Below are positions 1 to 30,093 of a stretch of 64,000 nt of DNA, piece after piece. The notes under the pieces were generated by a model. The model did not search any database, was not told the origin of the DNA, and saw nothing but the letters and a program-made list of their open reading frames with translations. Source of the DNA: Laetmonice hystrix (taxonomy: Eukaryota); assembly GCA_965235115.1 (NCBI GenBank), contig OZ249436.1, positions 8,062,001 through 8,126,000 of the forward strand, read 5' to 3'. The position numbers and the translations under genes are program-made. Numbering within the stretch: position 1 is the stretch's first letter; every line of letters begins with the position of its first letter.

Positions 1-608
1 CCGCCATCAAAAAGTCGGAAGCCAGATTACTTTTTTTTTCTTTCATTATTTTATTAAAGCTTTTTCTATTGTTGATACATGAGCTCCATGTCACAGAGAA
101 GTGATGCAGCGTAGGTGAAATGTGTAGGATATTGTGTGTTATTTACTGTAGGTAATGTACAGAGGACAGGGCAGAGGGGAGGGGGGCTGGGGGAGGGGGT
201 GCTCACACCTACCCCACAAGCAGTGCTCCAAGTTATCAGTGTGAAGTTAGTCTTTGTAGTGCTAACACTTCCGATGAGGAAATGCTCGCGAAATCCATTA
301 TACATATTGAATTCAAACTTGTTTTTTTTTTCGATTAGACTGGCTCGCCATTGGCACATTACGAATTTTAAACTCCTCGTACCCTTTGACATCTTTCAGG
401 AGATTCTAGGTAGTTAGTAAATGGGCTCATGCTAAAATTTTGCCAAGTCTCGAAATTTTTTGGGATGAGGTAGCCTGGTATCTTGGAGCACTGCTGGGGG
501 TGAACCGAGTCACCCTTTCTCCTTCCACCCCCGACTTGTCCCTGCCCTTTCCTGCTGGCTCCACCCTTGGGGGCAGAGTCTGAAGATTGTGGGTGTGGTC
601 TCTTGCAG

Positions 609-18834
<18,226 letters not shown>

Positions 18835-20735
18835 GATGTCTACTAGTGTCGCCATATGTCGCCAGGGGGCAGTACACCCTACATTAGGCAAGCCCTCACT
18901 ATCGCTCCACTACAGACTCGTCGACCGACCGAATGGCTAGCTCAAAATCCTGCCTCTGATTGGACCGTAACTCAGCCAATGGCAGCCCGGGCAGGTGGCA
19001 CCGCGGCCCAGTCAGTGAGCGTCAACCTCACCACGTGGTACACGAGATTTGCCGGCTCAGCCCCAGTTGATTGGACAGACCCAGCAGGCGGGAGTTTCTC
19101 TTTGTCCTACACGGCTGCCACAAGTGGATGTATTATGTCCAGTGTACATACCGCACCGCTAGATTTAGCTCCATACATGGGGGTGAGGACACCCCTGACG
19201 CCATGTGTTCTAATGCCCTGTTGTTGTACTTGATCCACGACTATTTTTGTCCGAATCTTGAGAACTGTTGCATTTAGTGCAGGATTGCTCTCAATGTGGT
19301 GAAGTTTTGTCCTGAAGTGCATTGATTGACACGATGTGTGGATTGCTACCTCTACTAAAAACATAAAACGTACAAGCAGCAAGTCACGACTATGACATAA
19401 ACGTTATTCCCAGCATCCCTTTGTGTTTGTTTTCTGCATGCACTACATGACCTTTTCGCGCTTGTTGACCCAAACTTGGATGATTACCTCAGTATGATGA
19501 AAATTAAGCCGACTTGATTACCTCGGAAACTCGGTGACATTGCAGCTGCGTGTAACTAGGAAATACTAAGAGACCTGCAACGCAGTTTGCCTTCAGGCTG
19601 GGGGCTTTGAACTTTGACCTCCGCCATACCTCCACACATTCACGCCCTCTGGTGGCGTTGACGGCCAGAGCCATCTAGTGTCGCCTACACACACCACGCA
19701 CGGAGAGCGCTCGGTGCCAGCACAAACATATCTACTTCCCGAGGCGTTTCGGGAAGTTGACCTGGATAGTGGACGTTTTGATGGGTGACAATCGGACTGG
19801 CCTCAGAAGTCAATGAGTGCATTGTGTGTACAGCATCTTGTAGAACCAGAAATGTGAACAGTTTGCGTGCGGAATCCGATTCATTCACTCAGGGACAATT
19901 AACCCGACACTGCAAGCAGAGACACAGTACTGCTGTCAACCACTAGATGGCAGTGCAGGCTTACAGGGACAATGTGTTCACATGGATACCACTTTAACAA
20001 TTTTCTAAGATATGTATGTAAAAATCTGTTAAAATGGAAAAAGTATAAGGTACCAGTGACCGGACCCCAATGCGGTGCAAGATGAAAGGCATAGCGCTTC
20101 AAACCTGGGTAGCCGTAACGCTTTTAAAGGAAGGACTACACCGTCGGAGCTACGCCGAGCGTCTTGCATTTGCAGTTGTAGATACATATATGTGATGTGA
20201 GAAACTACCAGTAGGTGGCGCCCGATGGCTAGCTGCTGGACTAGGGCCAACTTGTTACCGCCAGGTGGCCTAGATGACAAATGTTTATGAACCGACAGTG
20301 TAAAGCAACATAACTAGCCAATCCAGACACATTTCTGCCATGATATGACCTACGGACTTTGTTATACCAAGATAAGATTTATTTTTAAACTTTTCTCTTT
20401 TTTATATGTTTGTTTTTTAGATGTTCTAATTCTTTTTCAAGGTTAAAGTATGACCTTGACAGTGAGCGAAGATGACCGTTGGTTCGTCACTGAGTAGGTG
20501 CCGATAGTTGGTTGTGTCGGGAGAGACAGACCCTGAGTTAGGTTAAGTGATGTACAGACGTGTCAGAGAGGGCCTCCGACAACCGATGGTCACTGGATTG
20601 AGAGTCGGCGCTAGAAGAGACGAATGGTCATCACCAATTCATTTCTGTTATTATAATAATAATATCATGAGTAAAACGAAAAGTATTAGATCCCAGGTAT
20701 GAAATGAATGGATGGATGTTGTGTTTTCTGAAAAC

Positions 20736-20741
20736 AATAAA
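20736..20741 (+). promoter_or_regulatory. probable groucho polyadenylation signal
   Basis: AATAAA about 1.9 kb after the stop codon, followed by a GT-rich tract (tgtggcttgtatgttgtatg). Confidence 0.55.
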
Positions 20742-21058
20742 ATATATCAAATGATCTTAGCAATGTGGCTTGTATGTTGTATGTACCTAAGGTACATGAA
20801 TAGCTGTATTCTTTGAAGAATTCAATTCATGGATAAGACCCCAGCTATAAAATAATATCCCAGTTTCCCAGTTGTTCGTAAGACCTAAGTCCCACAAGTA
20901 TTGAAAGGCTGTGATACAAGAATATATAAAACTTTGGCCATTGAAATAGTAACGAAGGGTCAAAATTCGCAGTTAATCTGATAAAGTCAACGTGTCAACG
21001 TGTAGGCTATGTATTTTTACTCTGGGAGCCTACAATATACCTGACAGTGAAGGTAGAG

Positions 21059-21125
21059 TGGTTGTCGATCCCGTCCCTAGGGGGCTAGAATATTCTAGCC
21101 ACCTAGCGAGAGGATCGGGAACCAG
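21059..21125. repeat. palindromic element related to 21351-21479
   Basis: Central palindrome GGCTAGAATATTCTAGCC with arms GGTT..CGATCC / GGATCG..AACC; the right arm resembles that of the 21351 element. Confidence 0.5.
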
Positions 21126-21350
21126 TCGACACTGACAGCAGCGACACACAACCAGAGCTCTAGACACAACATAAACGTGGGCTTATATTATTATGTCTAA
21201 AATTGCTTGGGGGACAGACCTAGGATTAGAAGGGCACCCTGGTTACAAGGATGAATTCACAGCCATAAAAAAGGCGCTTGCTGGTAAAAAAGGCACTTTT
21301 CGCCATAAATACTGGGTCAGCTGCCCCAGCTAGCTCCCCCCCCCCCACCA

Positions 21351-21479
21351 AGCTGGTTCCCGGCTCCCTAGATAGGTGGCTCTGTGGTCGACCTGTTGTC
21401 TATCCAGACAACAGTGACATCTTACGGCGGAGAGGGCTTCGACCATAGAGCCATCTAGCGAGGGAGCCAGAAACCAGCT
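21351..21479. mobile_element. foldback/MITE-like element
   Basis: ~40-bp imperfect inverted repeats AGCTGGTTCCCGGCTCCCT..GGTGGCTCTGTGGTCGA / TCGACCATAGAGCCATCTAG..AGGGAGCCAGAAACCAGCT. Confidence 0.6.
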
Positions 21480-24400
21480 CAACCAGCCGCCAGCTCTGCA
21501 GCCTTGATCATCACGCCCTCTGCAGGCATACGCCAGCCAAGAGGGCCTTGACCGGTTTCTGTTTGCGACTTGTAAAGGTCATAGGCCTACCATCTTGACT
21601 TGTCAAGGGGCATTGCGCATCCTGCATTCTACCCTTTGATCTTAGGCCCAGGCTAAACCGTGGGAGGTTGACGCTTCAATCTCATGAATGTCGGCGTCAT
21701 AGACTCGCCAGTAACACTATCTTCCCCGTGGCGCAGGCTTTCTCGCGAAAATGCCCCATAATACTAGATCTCTCTGCTTTTGCCTTGCCCAGTTTGCTGA
21801 TAGAATAAAATGGGCGAAATGCTAGGGTCATCTGTCACACAGATAGAGAGCTAACGAGAGACAACGAGGGCGAATAGGGCCTACAGCTAGCGCCTCTACT
21901 TTCTGGGAGGGGTTGTAAGGTTCGCAACCCATTACCGGCAAAATACAGCGCCACCTATCGTGAAACAGTGGAACGAAAGGCCTTGTGCTCGGAAGGAGCT
22001 GAGAAGTCGAAAATTCGGGTCAATTTTGAAAAATCAAATTTTTAACCTGAATCCTGCTCGACACGTTGTGGTCATAGGTTTTCGTTTTATATCAATGAGT
22101 AGGCCTACTACATTTGATTTTGGAAGAAAAATAACCAATAGGCCTATCTTTTAAGACATAACCAGTTGAATTAAATTCAGTCGAACACACACTAATGACC
22201 CATTTAATTTAAAGGTAAGGTGTCAGCCTGTCCTGACGTCATTGATGATGTCACATCCGGCTTTCTTCAGCAGGGGCCAAGGTAGTTTCCACCTTTTTCA
22301 AAAGATGGCGCAGGATTTGTCGTAGTTGGAAAATCTCACAGTCATTTCAAGTCATCTCAGAATCAAGAGGTGGCGCTGTATTCGTCTCAGCCTACTGTGG
22401 AGGCTTAGATGGCTGCCATTAGTCAACTTCCGTCTTTTCCGGGCGTCTGAATACATGTGTAAGAAACTATGATTCCCGTCTTCTCTTTCTTAAATTCAAG
22501 CTTGCCACTCATAGGCCTACACTTTTCTTTATTTTGGGACCACACGAAATATTAGCCTACAAACTACATATTGAGACAAGGTAGAATAAAATGGGTGAAA
22601 TTCTAGGGTCATCTGTCACACAGATAGAGAGCTAAAATATCGAAAAGAGTGGGAGATAGATCTACGGCCGCAACAACCCACTGACGGCCTTACGAAATAA
22701 CGTTCAATTACAATAGGGCCTATAGCCTACCTACATAAGTGTAACGATGTGTCGTAGAGTCATTGTCTCGCCGAGTAACCAGGTTTGGTGATACGTACGG
22801 CAGAATTTAATTAAAGGGGCATGCTATGAAACACGTTTTTTTAGATTTTCGGCAATTATCCAACATGATCGTGTACTAGGGATCCAAGTAAATAATCCTA
22901 CCACAGCATTTTGTCCTCCGACGTGTTTTCGCTGCGTATGCAGCACAAGTAGATTCTATACGACCAAACCGGGAAGTCTCTACATCTTATCGGCTGGCCT
23001 ACTACCCATGCAAATAGTTCAGTGAGGTAGTGGAAATGAAAGATATAGGAGAGGGGCATCTAATGTTAGAATTTGGAGAAGATACTCAAATGGGAAGTAG
23101 ATATCTCACAACCATTTATCTATTGCGAACGTACGAGACCTATAGAGGTGACAGTTATACATCTGGCCTAACAATCATAATTTGGGGGGCGTAATTTCAA
23201 TTTGACGTATCAAAAATGAAGCCATATTTCGCTTATCATTGTCTCTCCCATAAGCGCCATAGGTGCCTGCCAGCCCGGCCAGGTATAAGGTGGTGATTAC
23301 ATGGGTAGCCGGAAGGTGGCAGTGCAGTCAGAGCGAGGCCGCTTCATTACTGCACCCTGGTGTTTGCCTCCAACCTCTCTGTCATCTGTTTCTACTTGGG
23401 GATGGGATATCTGATATAGAAAGGCGAACAACGTCATTTGCCATTGTTAATTAAGCCTTTACGGCAAACATCCACTGGGTCTACCATACAACGTTGTCGG
23501 ACGCTTACAGGTGGTTAGTAGGGGACACAGATTACATGGGGGTAAATGATGGACGAAACGGATGGCCTGCCTCCTGGACAATAAAGGCATGGAAACATGA
23601 AACATGAGGCGTCCCTACATTTCTGGCTACAGTTGTATAGAAGCAAACAGTACAGTGATGCACAGGGAGGCCAAACAGTACAGTGAGGAATCCCTACAAG
23701 GTGCTGTATTGCCTAATACCCAAGCAAACACTACAGTGAGGCTGAACAGTACAGTGAGGCCAATTAGTATACTGTGAGGCCAAGCACTACGAGAGGCTAA
23801 TCAGTACTCTGGGAAGTCTCTACATCTTATCGGCTGGCCTACTACCCATGCAAATAGTTCAGTGAGGTAGTGGAAATGAAAGATATAGGAGAGGGGCATC
23901 TAATGTTAGAATTTGGAGAAGATACTCAAATGGGAAGTAGATATCTCACAACCATTTATCTATAGCGAACGTACGAGACCTATAGAGGTGACAGTTATAC
24001 ATCTGGCCTAACAATCATAATTTGGGGGGCGTAATTTCAATTTGACGTATCAAAAATGAAGCCATATTTCGCTTATCATTGTCTCTCCCATAAGCGCCAT
24101 AGGTGCCTGCCAGCCCGGCCAGGTATAAGGTGGTGATTACATGGGTAGCCGGAAGGTGGCAGTGCAGTCGGAGGGAGGCCGCTTCATTACTGCACCCTGG
24201 TGTTTGCCTCCAACCTCTCTGTCATCTGTTTCTACTTGGGGATGGGATATCTGATATAGAAAGGCGAACAACGTCATTTGCCATTGTTAATTAAGCCTTT
24301 ACGGCAAACATCCACTGGGTCTACCATACAACGTTGTCGGACGCTTACAGGTGGTTAGTAGGGGACACAGATTACATGGGGGTAAATGATGGACGAAACG

Positions 24401-25273
24401 GATGGCCTGCCTCCTGGACAATAAAGGCATGGAAACATGAAACATGAGGCGTCCCTACATTTCTGGCTACAGTTGTATAGAAGCAAACAGTACAGTGATG
24501 CACAGGGAGGCCAAACAGTACAGTGAGGAATCCCTACAAGGTGCTGTATTGCCTAATACCCAAGCAAACACTACAGTGAGGCTGAACAGTACAGTGAGGC
24601 CAATTAGTATACTGTGAGGCCAAGCACTACGAGAGGCTAATCAGTACTCTGGGAAGTCTCTACATCTTATCGGCTGGCCTACTACCCATGCAAATAGTTC
24701 AGTGAGGTAGTGGAAATGAAAGATATAGGAGAGGGGCATTTATTGTTAGAATTTGGAGAAGATACTCAAATGGGAAGTAGATATCTCACAACCATTTATC
24801 TATAGCGAACGTACGAGACCTATAGAGGTGACAGTTATACATCTGGCCTAACAATCATAATTTGGGGGGCGTAATTTCAATTTGACGTATCAAAAATGAA
24901 GCCATATTTCGCTTATCATTGTCTCTCCCCTAAGCGCCATAGGTGCCTGCCAGCCCGGCCAGGTATAAGGTGGTGATTACATGGGTAGCCGGAAGGTGGC
25001 AGTGCAGTCGGAGGGAGGCCGCTTCATTACTGCACCCTGGTGTTTGCTTCCAACCTCTCTGTCATCTGTTTCCACTTGGGGATGGGATATCTGATATAGA
25101 AAGGCGAACAACGTCATTTGCCATTGTTAATTAAGCCTTTACGGCAAACATCCACTGGGTCTAACATACAACGTTGTCGGACGCTTACAGGTGGTCAGTA
25201 GGGGACACAGATTACATGGGGGTAAATGATGGACGAAACGGATGGCCTGCCTCCTGGACAATAAAAGCGTGGA

Positions 25274-25467
25274 GGGAATGGTATTTGGGGTTTTACGCCT
25301 TGCAACAGCCAGGGTCATATCACGGCGGTGAAGATGATGATGATGATGAAAGTCAGTTTTTCCTGGCGGAGGAAACCGGAGTGCCCGGAGAACCACCGAC
25401 CTTCGGGAAGGAACTGACTGACAAACCTTTCACACATGCAGCCCTGGCCGGGGATCGAACCCGGACC
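25274..25467 (-). mobile_element. 5'-truncated tRNA-derived SINE inserted in array unit 3
   Basis: Absent from short units. Pol III B-box GGTTCGATCCC (25451-25461, - strand), V/Meta-type core GGTTCTCCGGGCACTCCGGTTTCCTCC, a (CAT)n tract, and a degenerate 11-bp target duplication (AAAAGCGTGGA / AAAGGCACGGA versus empty site AAAGGCATGGA). Confidence 0.85.
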
Positions 25468-27166
25468 AAAGGCACGGAAACATGAAACATGAGGCGTCCC
25501 TACATTTCTGGCTACAGTTGTATAGAAGCAAACACTACAGTGATGCCAAAGAGTACAGGGAGGCCAAACAGTACATTGAGGAATCCCTACAAGGTCCTGC
25601 ATTGCCTAATACCCAAGGAAACACTACAGTGGGGCCGAACAGTACAGTGAGGCCAATTAGTATACTGTGAGGCCAAGCACTACGAGAGGCCAATCAGTAC
25701 TCTGGGAAGTCTCTACATCTTATCGGCTGGCCTACTACCCATGCAAATAGTTCAGTGAGCTAGTGGAAATGAAAGATATAGGAGAGGGGCATCTAATGTT
25801 AAAATTTGGAGAAGATACTCAAATGGGAAGTAGATATCTCACAACCATTTATCTATAGCGAACGTACGAGACCTATAGAGGTGACAGTTATACATCTGGC
25901 CTAACAATCATAATTTTGGGGTCGTAATTTCAATTTGACGTATCAAAAATGAAGCCATTTTTCGCTTATCATTGTCTCTCCCATAAGCGCCATAGGTGCC
26001 TGCCAGCCCGGCCAGGTATAAGGTGGTGATTACATGGGTAGCCGGAAGGTGGCAGTGCAGTCGGAGGGAGGCCGCTTCATTACTGCACCCTGGTGTTTGC
26101 TTCCAACCTCTCTGTCATCTGTTTCCACTTGGGGATGGGATATCTGATATAGAAAGGCGAACAACGTCATTTGCCATTGTTAATTAAGCCTTTACGGCAA
26201 ACATCCACTGGGTCTAACATACAACGTTGTCGGACGCTTACAGGTGGTCAGTAGGGGACACAGATTACATGGGGGTAAATGATGGACGAAACGGATGGCC
26301 TGCCTCCTGGACAATAAAGGCATGGAAACATGAAACATGAGGCGTCCCTACATTTCTGGCTACAGTTGTATAGAAGCAAACAGTACAGTGATGCACAGGG
26401 AGGCCAAACAGTACAGTGAGGAATCCCTACAAGGTGCTGTATTGCCTAATACCCAAGCAAACACTACAGTGAGGCCGAACAGTACAGTGAGGCCAATTAG
26501 TATACTGTGAGGCCAAGCACTACGAGAGGCTAATCAGTACTCTGGGAAGTCTCTACATCTTATCGGCTGGCCTACTACCCATGCAAATAGTTCAGTGAGG
26601 TAGTGGAAATGAAAGATATAGGAGAGGGGCATCTAATGTTAGAATTTGGAGAAGATACTCAAATGGGAAGTAGATATCTCACAACCATTTATCTATAGCG
26701 AACGTACGAGACCTATAGAGGTGACAGTTATACATCTGGCCTAACAATCATAATTTGGGGGGCGTAATTTCAATTTGACGTATCAAAAATGAAGCCATAT
26801 TTCGCTTATCATTGTCTCTCCCATAAGCGCCATAGGTGCCTGCCAGCCCGGCCAGGTATAAGGTGGTGATTACATGGGTAGCCGGAAGGTGGCAGTGCAG
26901 TCGGAGGGAGGCCGCTTCATTACTGCACCCTGGTGTTTGCCTCCAACCTCTCTGTCATCTGTTTCTACTTGGGGATGGGATATCTGATATAGAAAGGCGA
27001 ACAACGTCATTTGCCATTGTTAATTACGCCTTTACGGCAAACATCCACTGGGTCTAACATACAACGTTGTCGGACGCTTACAGGTGGTCAGTAGGGGACA
27101 CAGATTACATGGGGGTAAATGATGGACGAAACGGATGGCCTGCCTCCTGGACAATAAAAGCGTGGA

Positions 27167-27360
27167 GGGAATGGTATTTGGGGTTTTACGCCTTGCAACA
27201 GCCAGGGTCATATCACGGCGGTGAAGATGATGATGATGATGAAAGTCAGTTTTTCCTGGCGGAGGAAACCGGAGTGCCCGGAGAACCACCGACCTTCGGG
27301 AAGGAACTGACTGACAAACCTTTCACAAATGCAGCCCTGGCCGGGGATCGAACCCGGACC
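27167..27360 (-). mobile_element. same SINE, array unit 5
   Basis: Copy of 25274-25467 at the same unit position (1 SNP). Confidence 0.85.
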
Positions 27361-29899
27361 AAAGGCACGGAAACATGAAACATGAGGCGTCCCTACATTT
27401 CTGGCTACAGTTGTATAGAAGCAAACACTACAGTGATGCCAAAGAGTACAGGGAGGCCAAACAGTACATTGAGGAATCCCTACAAGGTCCTGCATTGCCT
27501 AATACCCAAGGAAACACTACAGTGGGGCCGAACAGTACAGTGAGGCCAATTAGTATACTGTGAGGCCAAGCACTACGAGAGGCCAATCAGTACTCTGGGA
27601 AGTCTCTACATCTTATCGGCTGGCCTACTACCCATGCAAATAGTTCAGTGAGCTAGTGGAAATGAAAGATATAGGAGAGGGGCATCTAATGTTAAAATTT
27701 GGAGAAGATACTCAAATGGGAAGTAGATATCTCACAACCATTTATCTATAGCGAACGTACGAGACCTATAGAGGTGACAGTTATACATCTGGCCTAACAA
27801 TCATAATTTTGGGGTCGTAATTTCAATTTGACGTATCAAAAATGAAGCCATTTTTCGCTTATCATTGTCTCTCCCATAAGCGCCATAGGTGCCTGCCAGC
27901 CCGGCCAGGTATAAGGTGGTGATTACATGGGTAGCCGGAAGGTGGCAGTGCAGTCGGAGGGAGGCCGCTTCATTACTGCACCCTGGTGTTTGCTTCCAAC
28001 CTCTCTGTCATCTGTTTCCACTTGGGGATGGGATATCTGATATAGAAAGGCGAACAACGTCATTTGCCATTGTTAATTAAGCCTTTACGGCAAACATCCA
28101 CTGGGTCTAACATACAACGTTGTCGGACGCTTACAGGTGGTCAGTAGGGGACACAGATTACATGGGGGTAAATGATGGACGAAACGGATGGCCTGCCTCC
28201 TGGACAATAAAGGCATGGAAACATGAAACATGAGGCGTCCCTACATTTCTGGCTACAGTTGTATAGAAGCAAACAGTACAGTGATGCACAGGGAGGCCAA
28301 ACAGTACATTGAGGAATCCCTACAAGGTCCTGCATTGCCTAATACCCAAGGAAACACTACAGTGGGGCCGAACAGTACAGTGAGGCCAATTAGTATACTG
28401 TGAGGCCAAGCACTACGAGAGGCCAATCAGTACTCTGGGAAGTCTCTACATCTTATCGGCTGGCCTACTACCCATGCAAATAGTTCAGTGAGCTAGTGGA
28501 AATGAAAGATATAGGAGAGGGGCATCTAATGTTAAAATTTGGAGAAGATACTCAAATGGGAAGTAGATATCTCACAACCATTTATCTATAGCGAACGTAC
28601 GAGACCTATAGAGGTGACAGTTATACATCTGGCCTAACAATCATAATTTTGGGGTCGTAATTTCAATTTGACGTATCAAAAATGAAGCCATTTTTCGCTT
28701 ATCATTGTCTCTCCCATAAGCGCCATAGGTGCCTGCCAGCCCGGCCAGGTATAAGGTGGTGATTACATGGGTAGCCGGAAGGTGGCAGTGCAGTCGGAGG
28801 GAGGCCGCTTCATTACTGCACCCTGGTGTTTGCTTCCAACCTCTCTGTCATCTGTTTCCACTTGGGGATGGGATATCTGATATAGAAAGGCGAACAACGT
28901 CATTTGCCATTGTTAATTAAGCCTTTACGGCAAACATCCACTGGGTCTAACATACAACGTTGTCGGACGCTTACAGGTGGTCAGTAGGGGACACAGATTA
29001 CATGGGGGTAAATGATGGACGAAACGGATGGCCTGCCTCCTGGACAATAAAGGCATGGAAACATGAAACATGAGGCGTCCCTACATTTCTGGCTACAGTT
29101 GTATAGAAGCAAACAGTACAGTGATGCACAGGGAGGCCAAACAGTACAGTGAGGAATCCCTACAAGGTGCTGTATTGCCTAATACCCAAGCAAACACTAC
29201 AGTGAGGCCGAACAGTACAGTGAGGCCAATTAGTATACTGTGAGGCCAAGCACTACGAGAGGCTAATCAGTACTCTGGGAAGTCTCTACATCTTATCGGC
29301 GGGCCTACTACCCATGCAAATAGTTCAGTGAGCTAGTGGAAATGAAAGATATAGGAGAGGGGCATCTAATGTTAGAATTTGGAGAAGATACTCAAATGGG
29401 AAGTAGATATCTCACAACCATTTATCTATTGCGAACGTACGAGACCTATAGAGGTGACAGTTATACATCTGGCCTAACAATCATAATTTGGGGGGCGTAA
29501 TTTCAATTTGACGTATCAAAAATGAAGCCATATTTCGCTTATCATTGTCTCTCCCCTAAGCGCCACAGGTGCCTGCCAGCCCGGCCAGGTATAAGGTGGT
29601 GATTACATGGGTAGCCGGAAGGTGGCAGTGCAGTCGGAGGGAGGCCGCTTCATTACTGCACCCTGGTGTTTGCTTCCAACCTCTCTGTCATCTGTTTCCA
29701 CTTGGGGATGGGATATCTGATATAGAAAGGCGAACAACGTCATTTGCCATTGTTAATTAAGCCTTTACGGCAAACATCCACTGGGTCTAACATACAACGT
29801 TGTCGGACGCTTACAGGTGGTCAGTAGGGGACACAGATTACATGGGGGTAAATGATGGACGAAACGGATGGCCTGCCTCCTGGACAATAAAAGCGTGGA

Positions 29900-30093
29900 G
29901 GGAATGGTATTTGGGGTTTTACGCCTTGCAACAGCCAGGGTCATATCACGGCGGTGAAGATGATGATGATGATGAAAGTCAGTTTTTCCTGGCGGAGGAA
30001 ACCGGAGTGCCCGGAGAACCACCGACCTTCGGGAAGGAACTGACTGACAAACCTTTCACACATGCAGCCCTGGCCGGGGATCGAACCCGGACC
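29900..30093 (-). mobile_element. same SINE, array unit 8
   Basis: Copy of 25274-25467 at the same unit position. Confidence 0.85.

Noticed and set aside
23008..23015. Octamer ATGCAAAT as an snRNA-type distal element in each unit
   Set aside because: It overlaps a degenerate copy of the 18-bp subrepeat (CAAATAGTTCAGTGAGG), and no convincing PSE, TATA box or T4 terminator lies at the expected spacing
23322..23355. SECIS-like ATGA..GA on the - strand
   Set aside because: Upper stem too short, no AA loop, and no selenoprotein context
23023..23640. let-7-like pieces (TGAGGTAGT, GTTGTATAG) and miR-34-like TGGCAGTG in the unit; also TGAGGTAGGAG in the 6.3-kb minisatellite
   Set aside because: Only short matches, not contiguous mature sequences, and no proper pre-miRNA hairpin
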